Assembly (NCBI RefSeq): GCF_036365525.1
Contig: NC_090399.1
Span: 60,110,430-60,174,429 of the forward strand
From: Heterodontus francisci
Lineage: Eukaryota
Direction: 5' to 3'
DNA: 64,000 nucleotides
Program-made: the position numbers and the translations under genes
Notes under the pieces: model-generated
Seen by the model: the letters and a program-made list of their open reading frames with translations, nothing else
Told to the model about the DNA's origin: nothing
Databases searched by the model: none
Shown: positions 11,260 through 22,994 of the stretch, in pieces
Layout of the letters: each line of letters starts with the position of its first letter
Position numbering within the stretch: position 1 is the first letter of the stretch

Positions 11260-12075
11260 CTATGTATAACATTTGAACCTCTCCAGTCCTCTGGCACCAT
11301 CCCACTACCGAAGGAGGATTGCAAGATTGTGACCACAGCCTCCGATATCTCCACCTTTAATTCCCTCAGTAATCTCAGTGACTTTTCTACTTTCAGCATT
11401 GCCAACCTTTTAACTACCTCCTCTTTATCAATTTTTATTCTATTCAGTTTCTCTACTACCTCTTCCTCTACTGTGAAATTAGCAGCACCCTCTTTAGTGA
11501 TGTTTATCAAACCAATCGACTGCTTTTCAACTCACTGAAATTAGCCCTCCTCCAGTTGAGTAATTTCATGTTCAATTTTTCCATGTCATTTTCCATAACT
11601 ACTGTAAACCTGATGATATTGTGATCACTGTTTCCCAAATGCACCCCAATTAAAACATGCTCCACTTGCCCTACTTCATTCCCCAGAACTAAATCCAACA
11701 CTGCCTCCTTCCACATTGAACTGGAAACACAATGATCAATAAAGTTCTCTTGTATACATTTCAGGAATTCCTTTCTGACCTTTGCCTTTACATTGTTACT
11801 ATCCCAGTCTATATTAGGATGATTGAACTCCCCCATTATCACCATTCTAAAGTTCTTACATCTTTCTGCAATCTAACTGCAGATTTGCTTCTCGACCTCC
11901 TTCCCTATATTTGGGGTGACCAATAGTTTACACCCAGCAATGAAATAGCTCCTCTATTGTTCCTTAACTCTACCCAAATAGATTCTGACATTGAATCCTC
12001 CAGCATGTCACCCCTTTCCAGTGCTGTAACAGTATCTTTGATCAATATGGCACCCCCTCTTTCCTTTCCCTAGAA
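11165..12075 (-). mobile_element. CR1 LINE endonuclease/tether fragment
   Basis: ORF 11507-11845 VIMGEFNHPNIDW...LDLVL...LGNSDHNII; ORF 11187-11510 MVPEDWR. Confidence 0.85.
11208..11259. repeat. (TG)n microsatellite
   Basis: Direct inspection. Confidence 0.95.
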
Positions 12076-12422
12076 ACTCCCTACCTCCCATCACTATGCT
12101 GCAACAAGCCTATTCTGAGATTGATGTGGGAATTAATCACTTGTTTGGGTGACTGGAAGTGTCTTTGGAATGATGTGGAATTCCAATGTCTGCATTTATT
12201 TATCTCCTTTAATGTAGATAAACATCCCAAAGTGCTTCACAGGAGTGTAATCCAAGTCATGCTGACCCTTTCTAACCTAAAACATGCTCTGCTCAGACTG
12301 CCCATTACATCACAGACTTGAATCTTATTCAAACTCAGGCCCCGCTTTGGTACACTTGCTTCTGAATGAGCAGCGATTGTGGTTATTCATTGATCTCCTC
12401 CTCATTCTCCCCCCCCCCACAG

Positions 12423-12548
12423 CCAGGATGCTCCCAGTGACTGTAGGATCTTCAGAGGGAACAAATATCAGACTGATTGTTGGAATTGTTGTTGCTGCCA
12501 TCGCTCTGATTGCTGTTGTCATCGGTGCAGTTGCGTTGAAAAGGAGAG
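12423..12548 (+). CDS. UAA: MHC class I connecting peptide and transmembrane exon
   Basis: Pyrimidine tract ...cccccacag|CC AGG...AGA G|gtagga; 126 bp, phase 1-1; ARMLPVTVGSSEGTNIRLIVGIVVAAIALIAVVIGAVALKRR, a hydrophobic stretch followed by a basic stop-transfer. A weaker in-frame acceptor exists at 12447. Confidence 0.9.
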
Positions 12549-12677
12549 GTAGGAAGTGAGGGCAGGGTCTGTCACTCTCTGGTATCAGCAGTTTTAAAAT
12601 GTTAAAGCACAAATATCAAAGCATTAGAGACTTTCCTACACATGTGGGAAATGCACACACAGTCCAGTGATGTACAG

Positions 12678-13478
12678 AGCGTGAGGGGGCTGAGGAACAG
12701 GAAGTGAGAGGACCGAGGGCCCATATGGGGAGCTGGGACTGAGGGACTCTTACACGGAGTGAGAGGACTGGGGGTCCCGTACATGGAGTGAGGGGACTGG
12801 GGGCCTGTACAGGGAGTGAGGTGACTGAGGGCCTGTACAGGGAGTGAGGGGACTGGGGGCCTGTACAGGGAGTGAGGTGACTGAGGGCCCATATCGGGAG
12901 TCAGGGGACTGAGGTCCCGTACAGGGAGTGAGGGGACTGGGGGCCTGTACAGTGAGTGAGGTGACTGAGGGCCTGTACAGGGAGTGAGGGGACTGTGGGC
13001 CTGTACAGGGAGTGAGGGGACTGGGGGCCCATATCGGGAGTCAGGGGACTGAGGTCCCGTACAGGGAGTGAGGTGACTGAGGGCCTATATGGGGAGTCAG
13101 GGGACTGAGGGACCCTTACATGGAGTGAGGTGACTGAGGTCCCGTACAGGGAGTGAGAGGACTGAGGTCCCGTACAGGGAGTGAGGGGACTGAGATCCCG
13201 TACAGGGAGTGAGGTGACTGAGGTCCCGTACAGGGTGTGAGGTGACTGAGGGCCCATATAGGGAGTCAGGGGACTGGAGTCCCCTACAGGGAGTGAGGGG
13301 ACTGGGGGCCTGTACAGGGAGTGAGGGGACTGAGATCCCGTACAGGGAGTGAGGGGACTGAGGTCCCGTACAGGGTGTGAGGTGACTGAGGGCCCATATG
13401 GGGAGTCAGGGGACTGAGGTCCCCTACAGGGAGTGAGGGGACTGGGGGGCCTGTACAGGGGATGAAGGGACTGGGCTG
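12678..13478 (+). repeat. G-rich intronic minisatellite, ~28-bp unit (gtacagggagtgaggggactgaggtccc)
   Basis: About 28 imperfect tandem copies with recurring variants. Confidence 0.92.
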
Positions 13479-13632
13479 AATGCAGAGTAAAGGGTTGAGT
13501 GAGGAGCAGAGTCTCCTGTAAGCGAGCTCAGGTTAAGCTGGTCATTGCCCCCATGTCTACAGTAAGTTTGTGTGGGTGAGGGGTGGGTGGGGGAGCTTTT
13601 GTTAACTGAAGTTCTGTTTCTGATCTTTGTAG

Positions 13633-13668
13633 GAGGAGAATATAAACACAGTTACAGCTCAGCAAATC
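13633..13668 (+). CDS. UAA: MHC class I cytoplasmic exon 1
   Basis: ctttgtag|GA GGA...AAT C|gtaagt; 36 bp, phase 1-1; GGEYKHSYSSAN, with YSSA matching the class I YxxA tail motif. Confidence 0.85.
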
Positions 13669-13800
13669 GTAAGTGTGCAAATATTACAATAGTCTGGTTC
13701 AGTTGTTAGCTGCCTTGTCTTCGAGGCAGAACTTTCTGGCATGGACTCGATTGGCTGAACAGCCATTTCTGGTCTGTTAAGACAGTATAGCTCCATTACT

Positions 13801-13911
13801 TTGTCTCTGTGTGTGTTTACCTCTCTGTTTCTCTGTCTCTCTCTCTGTCTGTCTCTCTCTCTCTGTCTCTCTCTCTCTGTCTCTCTCTCTCTGTCTCTCT
13901 CTCTGTCTCTA
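13801..13911. repeat. (CT)n/(CTGT) microsatellite
   Basis: Direct inspection. Confidence 0.9.
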
Positions 13912-13970
13912 TATGGAACATTCACCATGTTGTAAAGTGACTGTGTGACTGAAATCTTTCTTTTTCACAG

Positions 13971-14017
13971 CTGTAAGAGGAGTGGAATCATCCTCGAACT
14001 CATCAGCCCTGGCCTGA
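13971..14017 (+). CDS. UAA: MHC class I cytoplasmic exon 2 with stop codon
   Basis: ctttttcacag|CT GTA...GCC TGA G|gtatga; PVRGVESSSNSSALA*; Ser-rich end typical of class I tails. Confidence 0.85.
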
Positions 14018-15344
14018 GGTATGAATCACTCACTGGAGTTTAACAGCAGCTAAACTAGCATCAAAGCAGTTTATAAACAGCAGTAACTGTGAGCTCAGGG
14101 TATCGGAAGGGACTTTCCTGAGTTTCACCACTGGCTCGCAGTGTTTTCACTTGTTTACATAAATTTCTCACATAGTGCTGTATCTCTAAATAGAAATAAA
14201 AATAAATAAATAAAGTGTAAGTTGAGTTTCATGAGCCAGTCTGTAAGAGACACAAGCTCCAATGGTAAAGTGACTAACTCTGATAGTAGTGGCCTACCAT
14301 TGATCAACTCTGGTTTAATACACAGGAGTTCCATCAATATCAGCTGGTTTTGTGACAAGGAGCAGTTTTTTTAACCCACCATCAGTATCGAGCAGGCCCA
14401 GGTCTGGTCAGGTAGAATGAAGCTTTCCTCCTCAATTTAACCTCGAGTCACCTCCTTTCATTCTCCTACTGCTCCTCACCATTCATTGCTGCTCTTCCCC
14501 ATCACAAAGATATACTTGTATATTACAAACCACAGGGAGGCCATTCAGCCTCTCTGGCTCCTCCTTGCTCAGACTGCTATGATTCCTCACACTCCCCCAT
14601 GTCTAACTGCTGTCCACGTCTCTATCCAGAGACCAGTCTAAGTACTGCTGACTTGTTCTGAACTTGTCTTGTTACTTTGTACCCCTGGTCCTGCACTGAT
14701 GGTGTAACATGAACCTCCTGGGATTCTCTTGTTCTGTTAAATGTGCCTGACCTGCATCCAGTTCCCTTGAGCCAATGAATTAAACGTACAACTGTTTTGG
14801 ACCAATGGGAGGTCAATATGTTGGGAAGGGAGCAGGTGATTCCAGGAGTGTGACTGGATTGTGCAGGTTAATATTCCAGGCAGCAAAGACATGAATCACA
14901 CGGAGAACTGGAACTTTCTAAAGCTGGTCTGGTGAGCAACAAACTTCCGGATGCTGTCAGCTGTTTAGTGAGACACTGCAGCTGTTTAATATACTGGAGG
15001 ATGGGATCTGTCACCTGGAGAGGGGGAGATAGTTGTGCTGTGTACGTGGGGACAGAGATTAGACTTCATTTTGGAGCCTGGGTCTTAGACTGATAGATTG
15101 TGCAGTGAGCCTGGTGATCCTGTGCTGGGACACTCGATCTTCACTGAGATATGGTGCTCCTGGAGAAGTTTCAGGGGATGGATTGTGGGTTCAGGCTGGT
15201 CAGTCTGGGTTCAGTCATATCACTGCACTCTTTACCTGTGACTGTAGGGAACCTGTCCCATGACACCTGGAACAGCTGCCAATGATGTGTTAAAGGGAGT
15301 GGGATTGGGGGGGGAGGGGGGGAAGAAAGAGGTCAGAATTGGAG

Positions 15345-15810
15345 GTGCGTAGAGATCTCTAAGTTGGGGGGCTACAGAGGTTATGAAGATATGGAGGGAT
15401 TTGACAATGAGGATGAGAACCTTAAAATCAATTGAGACATTACCGGACCAGGAACCTATGTAGGATAGAGAACGCAGGGGTGATGGTGAATGGGACTTGG
15501 TGTGAGTTAGGATTCGGGCAGCAGAGTTTTGGATGACCTGAAGTTTATGGAGGATGAAATATGAGAGGTTGGTCAGCAGTGTCTGGGGGTAATGAAGGTA
15601 TTGATGAGAGTTTCGGCAGCAGATGAGCTGAGGCAGAGATGGAGTAGGTTAGTGTTACTGCGCTGGATCAAGAGGGGATCTTGGTGATGGAGAGGTTATG
15701 GTGTTGGAAGCTCAGCTCAGGAATAAATAGGACACTGAGGTTGTGAACAATCTGGTTCAGTCTGACAGTGACCAGGGAGAGGGATGGAGTAAGTGTCTAA
15801 GGAACAGAGT
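15345..15810 (-). mobile_element. L2 LINE fragment
   Basis: Reverse strand reads LHKLQVIQNSAARILTHTK..ITP, the L2 ORF2 C-terminal signature. Confidence 0.75.
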
Positions 15811-15892
15811 TTCCACATTGATCTTTCTGGGTTCCAACTCCTGTACTGGGTGTGAAGCCTCCATGTGATTCTGTCCATCTTTCATTTGCCAG

Positions 15893-17060
15893 GTTGATTC
15901 CGAATTGAAGATTACTCGAACTAGAGATTGGACTGGCTGTGTCACTGGGAGGATTCATTTAGAAACAATCTGGATGTTTTATCTTTATTTGGCTGTGTTT
16001 TATATAGTGAAACAATACATCTATCATTTATTGGAATTCTGAGTTTATTTTCTGCTTGGTAATTTGGTAGAAATCTCCAGTTGAATATTTTGGAGTTTAA
16101 TATTGAGATGTTTCTAATTGCTGTTGTTGCTTGCATTCCTGCATCTGAGAAATGTTCATTTAAACCAGTAAAGGGAAGGGATCGACAGGCCGTGACCAAT
16201 CACAGATCACTGAGCACAGGGAGGGATCGACAGGCCGTGACCAATCACAGATCACTGAGCACAGGGAGGGATCGACAGGCCGGTGACCAATCACAGATCA
16301 CTGAGCACAGGGAGGGATCGACAGGCAGGTGACCAATCATAGATCACTGAGCACAGGGAGGGATCGACAGGCCGGTGACCAATCATAGATCACTGAGCAC
16401 AGGGAGGGATCGACAGGCCGGTGACCAATCATAGATCACTGAGCACAGGGAGGGATCGACAGGCTGGTGACGAATCACTGAGCACAGGGAGGGATCGACA
16501 GGCAGATGAACAATCACAGATCACTGAGCACAGGGAGGGATCGACAGGCCGTAACTAATCACAGATCACTGAACACAGGGAGGGATCGACAGGCCGGTGA
16601 CCGGTCATAGATCACTGAGCACAGGGAGGGATCGACAGGCCACTGACCAATCACAAATCACTGAGCATAGGGAGGGATCGACAGGCCACTGACCAATCAC
16701 AGATCACTGATTATAGGGAGGGATCGACAGGCCACTGACCAATCACAGATCACTGACTATGTTTCTATCTCTTCCCTCTGGGAGGTTCGACGTTTTAATT
16801 CTCTGATCAGTTTAAGTTTCTGTTTTTTAACTGTCCGTCTTCATTGGTGCCTGAGGTTGGATCCTGTGTTTCCCGGGAATGTGGTTTATTAAATGAAATG
16901 AACAGCTTCACTTCCCTGAACCCAGTCTGTCACTGGCCTGTTGTGTGAGCCGAGGGTGGGGAATGTAAAATGTTTGGGATTGCACTCTGTACCACTCTAC
17001 GTACTGGATTAAAGTTTACATTTGTACCTATTGAATAATAAAAACACTTGTTCCACAAAC
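15893..17060 (+). other. Candidate terminal 3' UTR exon of the class I gene
   Basis: Acceptor ctgtccatctttcatttgccag at 15892; ATTAAA 17008 and AATAAA 17037 followed by a GT-rich tract; inferred only. Confidence 0.35.
16173..16757 (+). repeat. 45-46 bp minisatellite, ~13 copies (gggagggatcgacaggccggtgaccaatcacagatcactgagcaca)
   Basis: Highly similar tandem copies; one internally deleted copy near 16450-16490. Confidence 0.95.
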
Positions 17061-17099
17061 TGTATCTGTGTGTTCACTCTGTCCAGTCCCAGACCCTGA

Positions 17100-18790
17100 C
17101 ACAAAGAACCAGGATCACTAAGAATCATTTGATCAGGGTTGACTTTGAAACCATCACCCTGACCATCCCTTCCCCCTGCCCCATGACCAGTACAATACTA
17201 GACAGGGAATTCCCAGAGCAGCCAGTAATTCTCACTGGCCTTCACCATCCTACCTGGATGAAAGTTCCATGTCTATCCAGAGCTCAGTTACTGCTTTCCC
17301 ATTACCCTCCTTCCCTCTCTGCTGCCTCTCAGGGAAATCTTGCCTGTCCCTCCTGCTCTACTATCTAGAGTAGGCCAGTGGACTGGTTACACTATGAACA
17401 GTTTGAGACAGTTCCCTGTGTCTTTGGACAGACCAGCCTTTCATTCCACCTCCATCACGAGCAGCTTAGCCCCACTACCACAGTCTGCCGTTTGCCTGTA
17501 TTTGCATTGACCGGACAGTGTTCTCACTTACCCTGCCAACCAAAGACTGGACAATTACTGGCTCCCTGAGGAACTGACTGTCCACTGGCTCCTGGCACTA
17601 CCCCTGAACGGAGGGAATGTAGGTATAATATTCCTTGAAGGAACAGAAAGCCACAACCAAGAGCTCTCTCCAACCCAGCAGTAAATTAGGAATGGCCTTT
17701 GGAGACGTCCCTGTTAACTACTGGCCCAATCCCTCTGTGGCAGCAGTGTGGGATGGCAGATACCAACCTGCTCCTGGTCTCTGACTCTCTCTCTCTCTCA
17801 TGAAAAGGCCTCAGCAGATGCTGGTTGTGTTCCGACTCTGGCTCCCAATTCCAGGAAGCTTCCACAGGCTGAGCCGACAGGGAAGGTTGATAGGGAGTCC
17901 TGGGAGCAGGGATCAAGGCAGCTATCAACTGATGAATACAAGTCATTGGTTAAACCTTCGAGATGTGAACCCCTGCCACTTGGGGGAAGTGGCACTGAGA
18001 CACATGTACCCTCCTTGGGAGAGGGTGCCCTCGCAATCTGGCTGTCCCTCAGCAGTTAGAGGGAGAGGTTGAAGGTGGCTCCACAGTGATGGTGGGGGAG
18101 ACACTGATCTATAAAAAGTGAACAGAGACCTGCGACTGCCCTCACCAAGGTGGAAATCACCCACAACATCGACGATCCTGAGCATGGTTGAGTCCTCAGA
18201 GGGTGATGTCCCCAAATGAGCCAGTGCCAACTGGAGACCAATGTCCCAGGGCTGGGTTAGTGGCACCAGAGGGGATGGCAGATGCCTCGGGTGATGGACT
18301 CACCGACAGTAGCTGGTGCTGCCTGGGTGAACCAGCCTGACTCTGGCACCATAGACCCACAGAACAATTACAGCACAGAAGGAGGCCATTCAGCCCATTG
18401 TGTCTGTGCACAGACACCTCAGAGGCGCTGGTGCCCAAAGAGGACCATTTGTCTTCATCCTGGGAGGTCTCAATAGAAGCTGTTAACAGGGCTTCACCTG
18501 ATGGTGTGGACTGGGATATCAGGGACAGGTTGGTGAGTGGCCATAAGCATCCTGTCCCACTCTGAACCATCAAGACAACAGGAGCCTCCCCATCCTGAGC
18601 CTGTCCTGTTCAGTCCCAAGGTGAACCCACAGCTGACATCAGTGGGAGATGACTGTATGGACTTGGCACTAACCAGTTTCAGTGTCATTAACCCCAAGCA
18701 ATGGTGAAGTGGAGTTGGAGCTGGAGCAGGTTTGCTGCTTGATGCTGATGTGGGGACAGGATGGCTGGATGTGGAGGTCCAGCACAAGGG
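17100..18790 (+). mobile_element. Possible highly decayed Tx1/L1 ORF1 region
   Basis: Weak frameshifted resemblance to Tx1 ORF1 (LWT..F, RLP.FAL, TYP-QPK at ~17420-17550) followed by low-complexity sequence. Confidence 0.25.
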
Positions 18791-18904
18791 GAGACGGGGT
18801 CAATTTATATATTTAACAATAGAAATCAATGTCAGAATCCCGAAGGTGGAAGTGGTAGGGATGACAGACTCAGTGACCTTACTCTCCAAACTCTGACTCA
18901 CACA

Positions 18905-19235
18905 CTATAGACAGCCTCTGTGAGCTCTGCAATCTGACCAACCAGTCTCTTTCACTCCTTCAAATATTGATCCAATTTCCCTTTAAAAGATGCAAAGCTC
19001 TTTCCATCACCCACTCCCTGTTTGTAGGGCATTCCATGTTCCAAACAACTCAGAAGGAATGTCTCCTATCCTCTCTCCTCACTCAATGAGCATTTTAAAT
19101 TATTGCCCCCTCTTCAATGGCCCCTAAAACAGAGGAAATCGTATTTCCCGATTCACTTGATCAAAACCCTTCATCATTTGAAAATCCCTCAATGAAATCT
19201 CCTCTTGTCTCCTTTGTTCCAGTTGAAACAGTCTG
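18905..19235 (-). mobile_element. Decayed CR1 3' fragment
   Basis: Reverse-complement CR1 C-terminal and 3' sequence (ggcattccatgttcc; aaaacccttcatcatttgaaa). Confidence 0.55.
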
Positions 19236-19694
19236 AGCACAGATGGTTGGATGACATTGGAGGATCGGCCTGGAGATGAGGCACTGTAAGGGCACGGAAT
19301 AAGCTTTCTCTTCTCGATTTTTAATTACAAGTATGCAGCAATAATACGTGTGTAAAAATAAATTACAGTATGCAAATGGTCATGCGAGGTGCAAAAGGAT
19401 CTGTGTCAAATATAAAGCTAAACTGTTGATGCCTACAAAATGCAAAGCTCAGGACAGGTGCATCCTGGTCTGAACTGATGAGAAATGAATGTGATATGAT
19501 GTGAGAAGAGGGGTGGGGGAGGAGCTCTTTGAGCTGTTTCACAGTCGTCCTGGGAGCACATTTCTTTGTGGATATTAACTGTCCAGAAAATAGCTCAAAC
19601 TGTATGGGAGCCAGATAAGACAAGTAACATTACCTGTAAGCACAGTACAATCCTCCTACAAACACCAACTGCACTTTCCTGTACAAGTAGCAGA

Positions 19695-21155
19695 TGGAAT
19701 TTACTACAGAGCAATGTGAGATGTTGCATTTTGGCAGAAGAAATAGGAAGAAGCAATAGAGACTTAACAACACAGTTTGCAGGAACAGAGGGACCAGGGT
19801 ATTCATGTGCGTAGACCTTTGAAGGTGGCAGAACATGTTGAGAGAATAATTAGCAGAGCATGTGGGAACTTGTACTGCATAAATAGATAAATAATTGAAT
19901 AGAAATTATGCTTTACCATTTTGAAGCTCTGGTTAGGCCACAACTAAAGTATTGCATCCAGTTCTGAACATCACACTTTAGGAAGGTTGTGAGAGTCTTT
20001 GAGAGGGTGCAGAGGAGATTTACCAGAATGGTTCCAGGGATGCAGGCTGGAATTGTACGTTGGGCTGGAGGCCCCACCCAATGGCCAAGAATTCGGGGGT
20101 GAGCCCGCCTCCATCCCACCTGGAAGCCATGCAGAGATTTTACGGGCCCCTGGCCGTTAATTGTCCTCGGGCAGGAGTTCAACCCCTCTGAGGCAGGAAC
20201 TCCAACCTCCAGGAGCTGCCAATCAGCGGGCTGTCAGCTCTCAGTCCCAGCAGTGCCACCAGGAGCGGTGGCACGACTGGTACTGCACCCGGCGAGAGGT
20301 GCAGCATGGATGCTGGCCTTAGAATGAAGCTAAGTGTGCAGGGCCTCACCGGGGACAATCGGCCGGGCCCTGTCAAGGCAAGCGGAGTCAGTTGTGGGGG
20401 CAGAGGGGAGGAATGTGCTGCAGTGGTGGCTGCTAGGTTTTGCCGAGTGGCCTCTTAAGGTCTTGAGCTGCCCACATGCTGCTGGTAATGGACTGGCAGT
20501 GATGGGAGGAGGCCCTGAAGTGGCTGTTAATTGGCTACTTAAGGGCTTTAATTGGCCTGAGGCGGGTGGGCCGTTTCTTGCCGCCACCACCGCACGTGAA
20601 ACTGCAGCGAGTGCTGGAAGGCGACGGGAACGGCACCCCCCCACCTCCCACTCAGTTTTACAACCTCCCTCCTCCACCTCCAGCCCGCTCCTGCAGGGGG
20701 TGTAAAATTCCAGCTGCAGGATTTTAGTTCCAAGGTTAGGTTGGAGAAACTGGGGTTATTCTTCTTGGAGCAAAGGAAGTTGAGGGGAGATTTAACAGAG
20801 AGGTACACATTTATGTCAGATTTAGATAAGGTAGACAAAGAAAATCTGTTCCCATTGGCTGATGGTGCAAGGACGAGGGGACACAGATTTAAGGTTTTGG
20901 ACAAAAGATGCAGGGGAAATATGAAGAAGAATTTTTATATGTAGCGAGTGGTAATGACCTGTAACTCGCTGCCTACGAGGGTGATGGAAGCAGGGCCGAT
21001 CAATGATTTCAAAAGGAAATTGGATCGACACTTGAGAGAAAGAAACTTTCCGGCCTACGGGGGTAGGGCGAGGGAATGGGACTGACTCTGTATAGGGAGC
21101 TGGCATGGACACAATGGGCCAAATGGCTTCAATCTGTGTTGTAATGACTCTATGA
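19695..21155 (+). mobile_element. CR1 LINE 3' fragment, split by a MITE
   Basis: LVRPQLKYCIQF, RVQRRFTRMVPG, LEKLGLFFLEQRKLRGDL; tail atgactctatgac. Confidence 0.9.
20045..20715. mobile_element. GC-rich non-autonomous DNA transposon (MITE, PIF/Harbinger-like)
   Basis: TIRs gctggaattgtac / gtaaaattccagc; flanking duplication gca (or tgcag); cleanly interrupts the CR1. Confidence 0.75.
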
Positions 21156-22121
21156 CCTCCTGCAGGACCCTGGATGCACCTTCAGCTCGATGTTATCAGT
21201 TCATTGCCAACTCCTCCAGTTAACCAGTAACATGTGCTACTTATATTAGACAAGTTGATCAAATGGACAGAGGCTTTTCCTTACCATAATAATCGTGCTT
21301 TTGTTGAGGCTAAAATACCATTGATTGAGGTGATCTGCAGGTGGGGAGTGCACATACAGGTAGCTAGTGATCAAGGATCACATCTTACAGGAAACGTTTT
21401 GACTGAACGACAGAAATTGATGAGGATTAAATACAAATTGCCCATATGTCACCATCCTCAATGATCTGGAGTAGTGGAAAGAGAGAATAGGACTTCAAAC
21501 AATGTTTAAAAAGTTCTGTGCAGATCACCCCTTTCAATGGGTGAGCATGTTACCAATGTATTTACTGGTGATGTGATCTAGACAGTGTCGTACTACATGA
21601 ACTTACCCCTATCGGGTAATGACAGGATGTCTGATGTGTATGCCTGGACACCTACTGGTGCCCACAGCAGGTCCTTTGCTTTAAAGCAGTTGTACCACTG
21701 AGTGGTTGAAGCAGATGATCCATTACATCGATCAGACGAATCAATTCGTAACATGGAATTTGGGAGAATCCAAGAATCAGGTCTAAAAGTACTTTGACAA
21801 ATAGGATCATCCATTTGAGTATCAAATTGGAGACTCTGTAATGGTCCTAAATTATGGTAAAAAGGACCATTTTGTTAGAACAAAAACGGCAGGACTATAC
21901 CCTATCACTGATCAGGCCAGTCCTGCCATGTATATAGTTCAGTTTTCAAGTAAGAAATGTCTGAGTTATATCAAATAGTATCACATTAATCAGCTCAAAA
22001 CTGTCAAGGAATAAATACTACACCTTGCCGGCAGGTGGAATGTGTTTCTTAGAGTATTAATTGTTCTAGGTCTGGTTACCTACCTTGAGAGGCTACCTAC
22101 TACTACAGAGATCGTATGGAG

Positions 22122-22445
22122 AGTCATAGAGTCATATCCAGCACAGAAGGAGGCCATTCGGCCCATCAAGTCCATGCCAGTTCTCCACGGAGCTCCCTAA
22201 TCAGTCCTACTCCCCCACTCAATCTCCTGAAGATATATTTCCTTCAACTGGCCATCTAATTTCCTTTTGAAGTCATTGATTGCCTCCACTTCCACCACCC
22301 TTGTGGGCAGCGAGTTCCAGATCCTTACCACCCGCTGTGTAACAAGTTCTTTCTCATATTCCCACGCTTCTCTTGCCCAAAACCTTCAATCTGTGTCCCC
22401 TAGTCCTTGTACCATTAGTTAATCGGTACAGTTTGTCCTTGTCTA
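22122..22445 (-). mobile_element. CR1 3' end insertion
   Basis: gagtcatagagtcat tail, aggccattcggccc, TRTRGHRLKV. Confidence 0.85.
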
Positions 22446-22994
22446 GAGTGAGACAGATAAAATGTGTCTGAATGTCACTATGCCACCAAGCTGTAATATA
22501 ACTGATGTTTGTAGTCACTGTCATATAAACTAATGCTACCATGGAAAGGGGCACAGTAATGTTAGGCAATAATAAATGGTGCAAAGTAGGGTATAATGTC
22601 AGTCAGCACCCATGGAGAGGGATTTGGTCTATGATTATAATTTGTGCTCAGAGAATTGTAATCACTGTACTAATAATCATGATGTATGTTATTTGTGATG
22701 CTTAATGAAATGTTTGACAAAATATTTGAGTTTTAAATTGGCTGCATTAATTAAAAACTAATTGTCTAAATGTGAGGAGTTGGATAGGATTCCTTCTCTT
22801 CAAGGTGAAGAGTATACATGGGATAAACTTTCTCTTCTCCATTTTTAATAACAAGTATTTAACAAGATGTGTAAGAATAAATTGCAGTATGCAAATTGTC
22901 ACATAAGGTGTGAAAGGATATGTAAATATTAGCTAAACTGTTGATGCCTTGAAATGCTGAGCTCAGGACAGATGCATCCTGTTGTGACCTAGTG

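Larger units (their letters stand above)
19245..22990 (+). mobile_element. LTR retroelement remnant (retrovirus-like or Gypsy): two LTR-like direct repeats, integrase and possible env remnants
   Basis: Direct repeats ~19300-19470 and ~22825-22985; integrase GPWMHLQLD..LP, KWTEAFP, RWG...SDQGSHLTG, HHPQ*SGVVERENRT (21163-21500). Confidence 0.7.

Noticed and set aside
12602-13257. Pro/Ser-rich minus-strand ORFs
   Set aside because: Translations of the G-rich minisatellite
16173-16757. CRISPR-like array
   Set aside because: Head-to-tail units without unique spacers, no cas genes, vertebrate context
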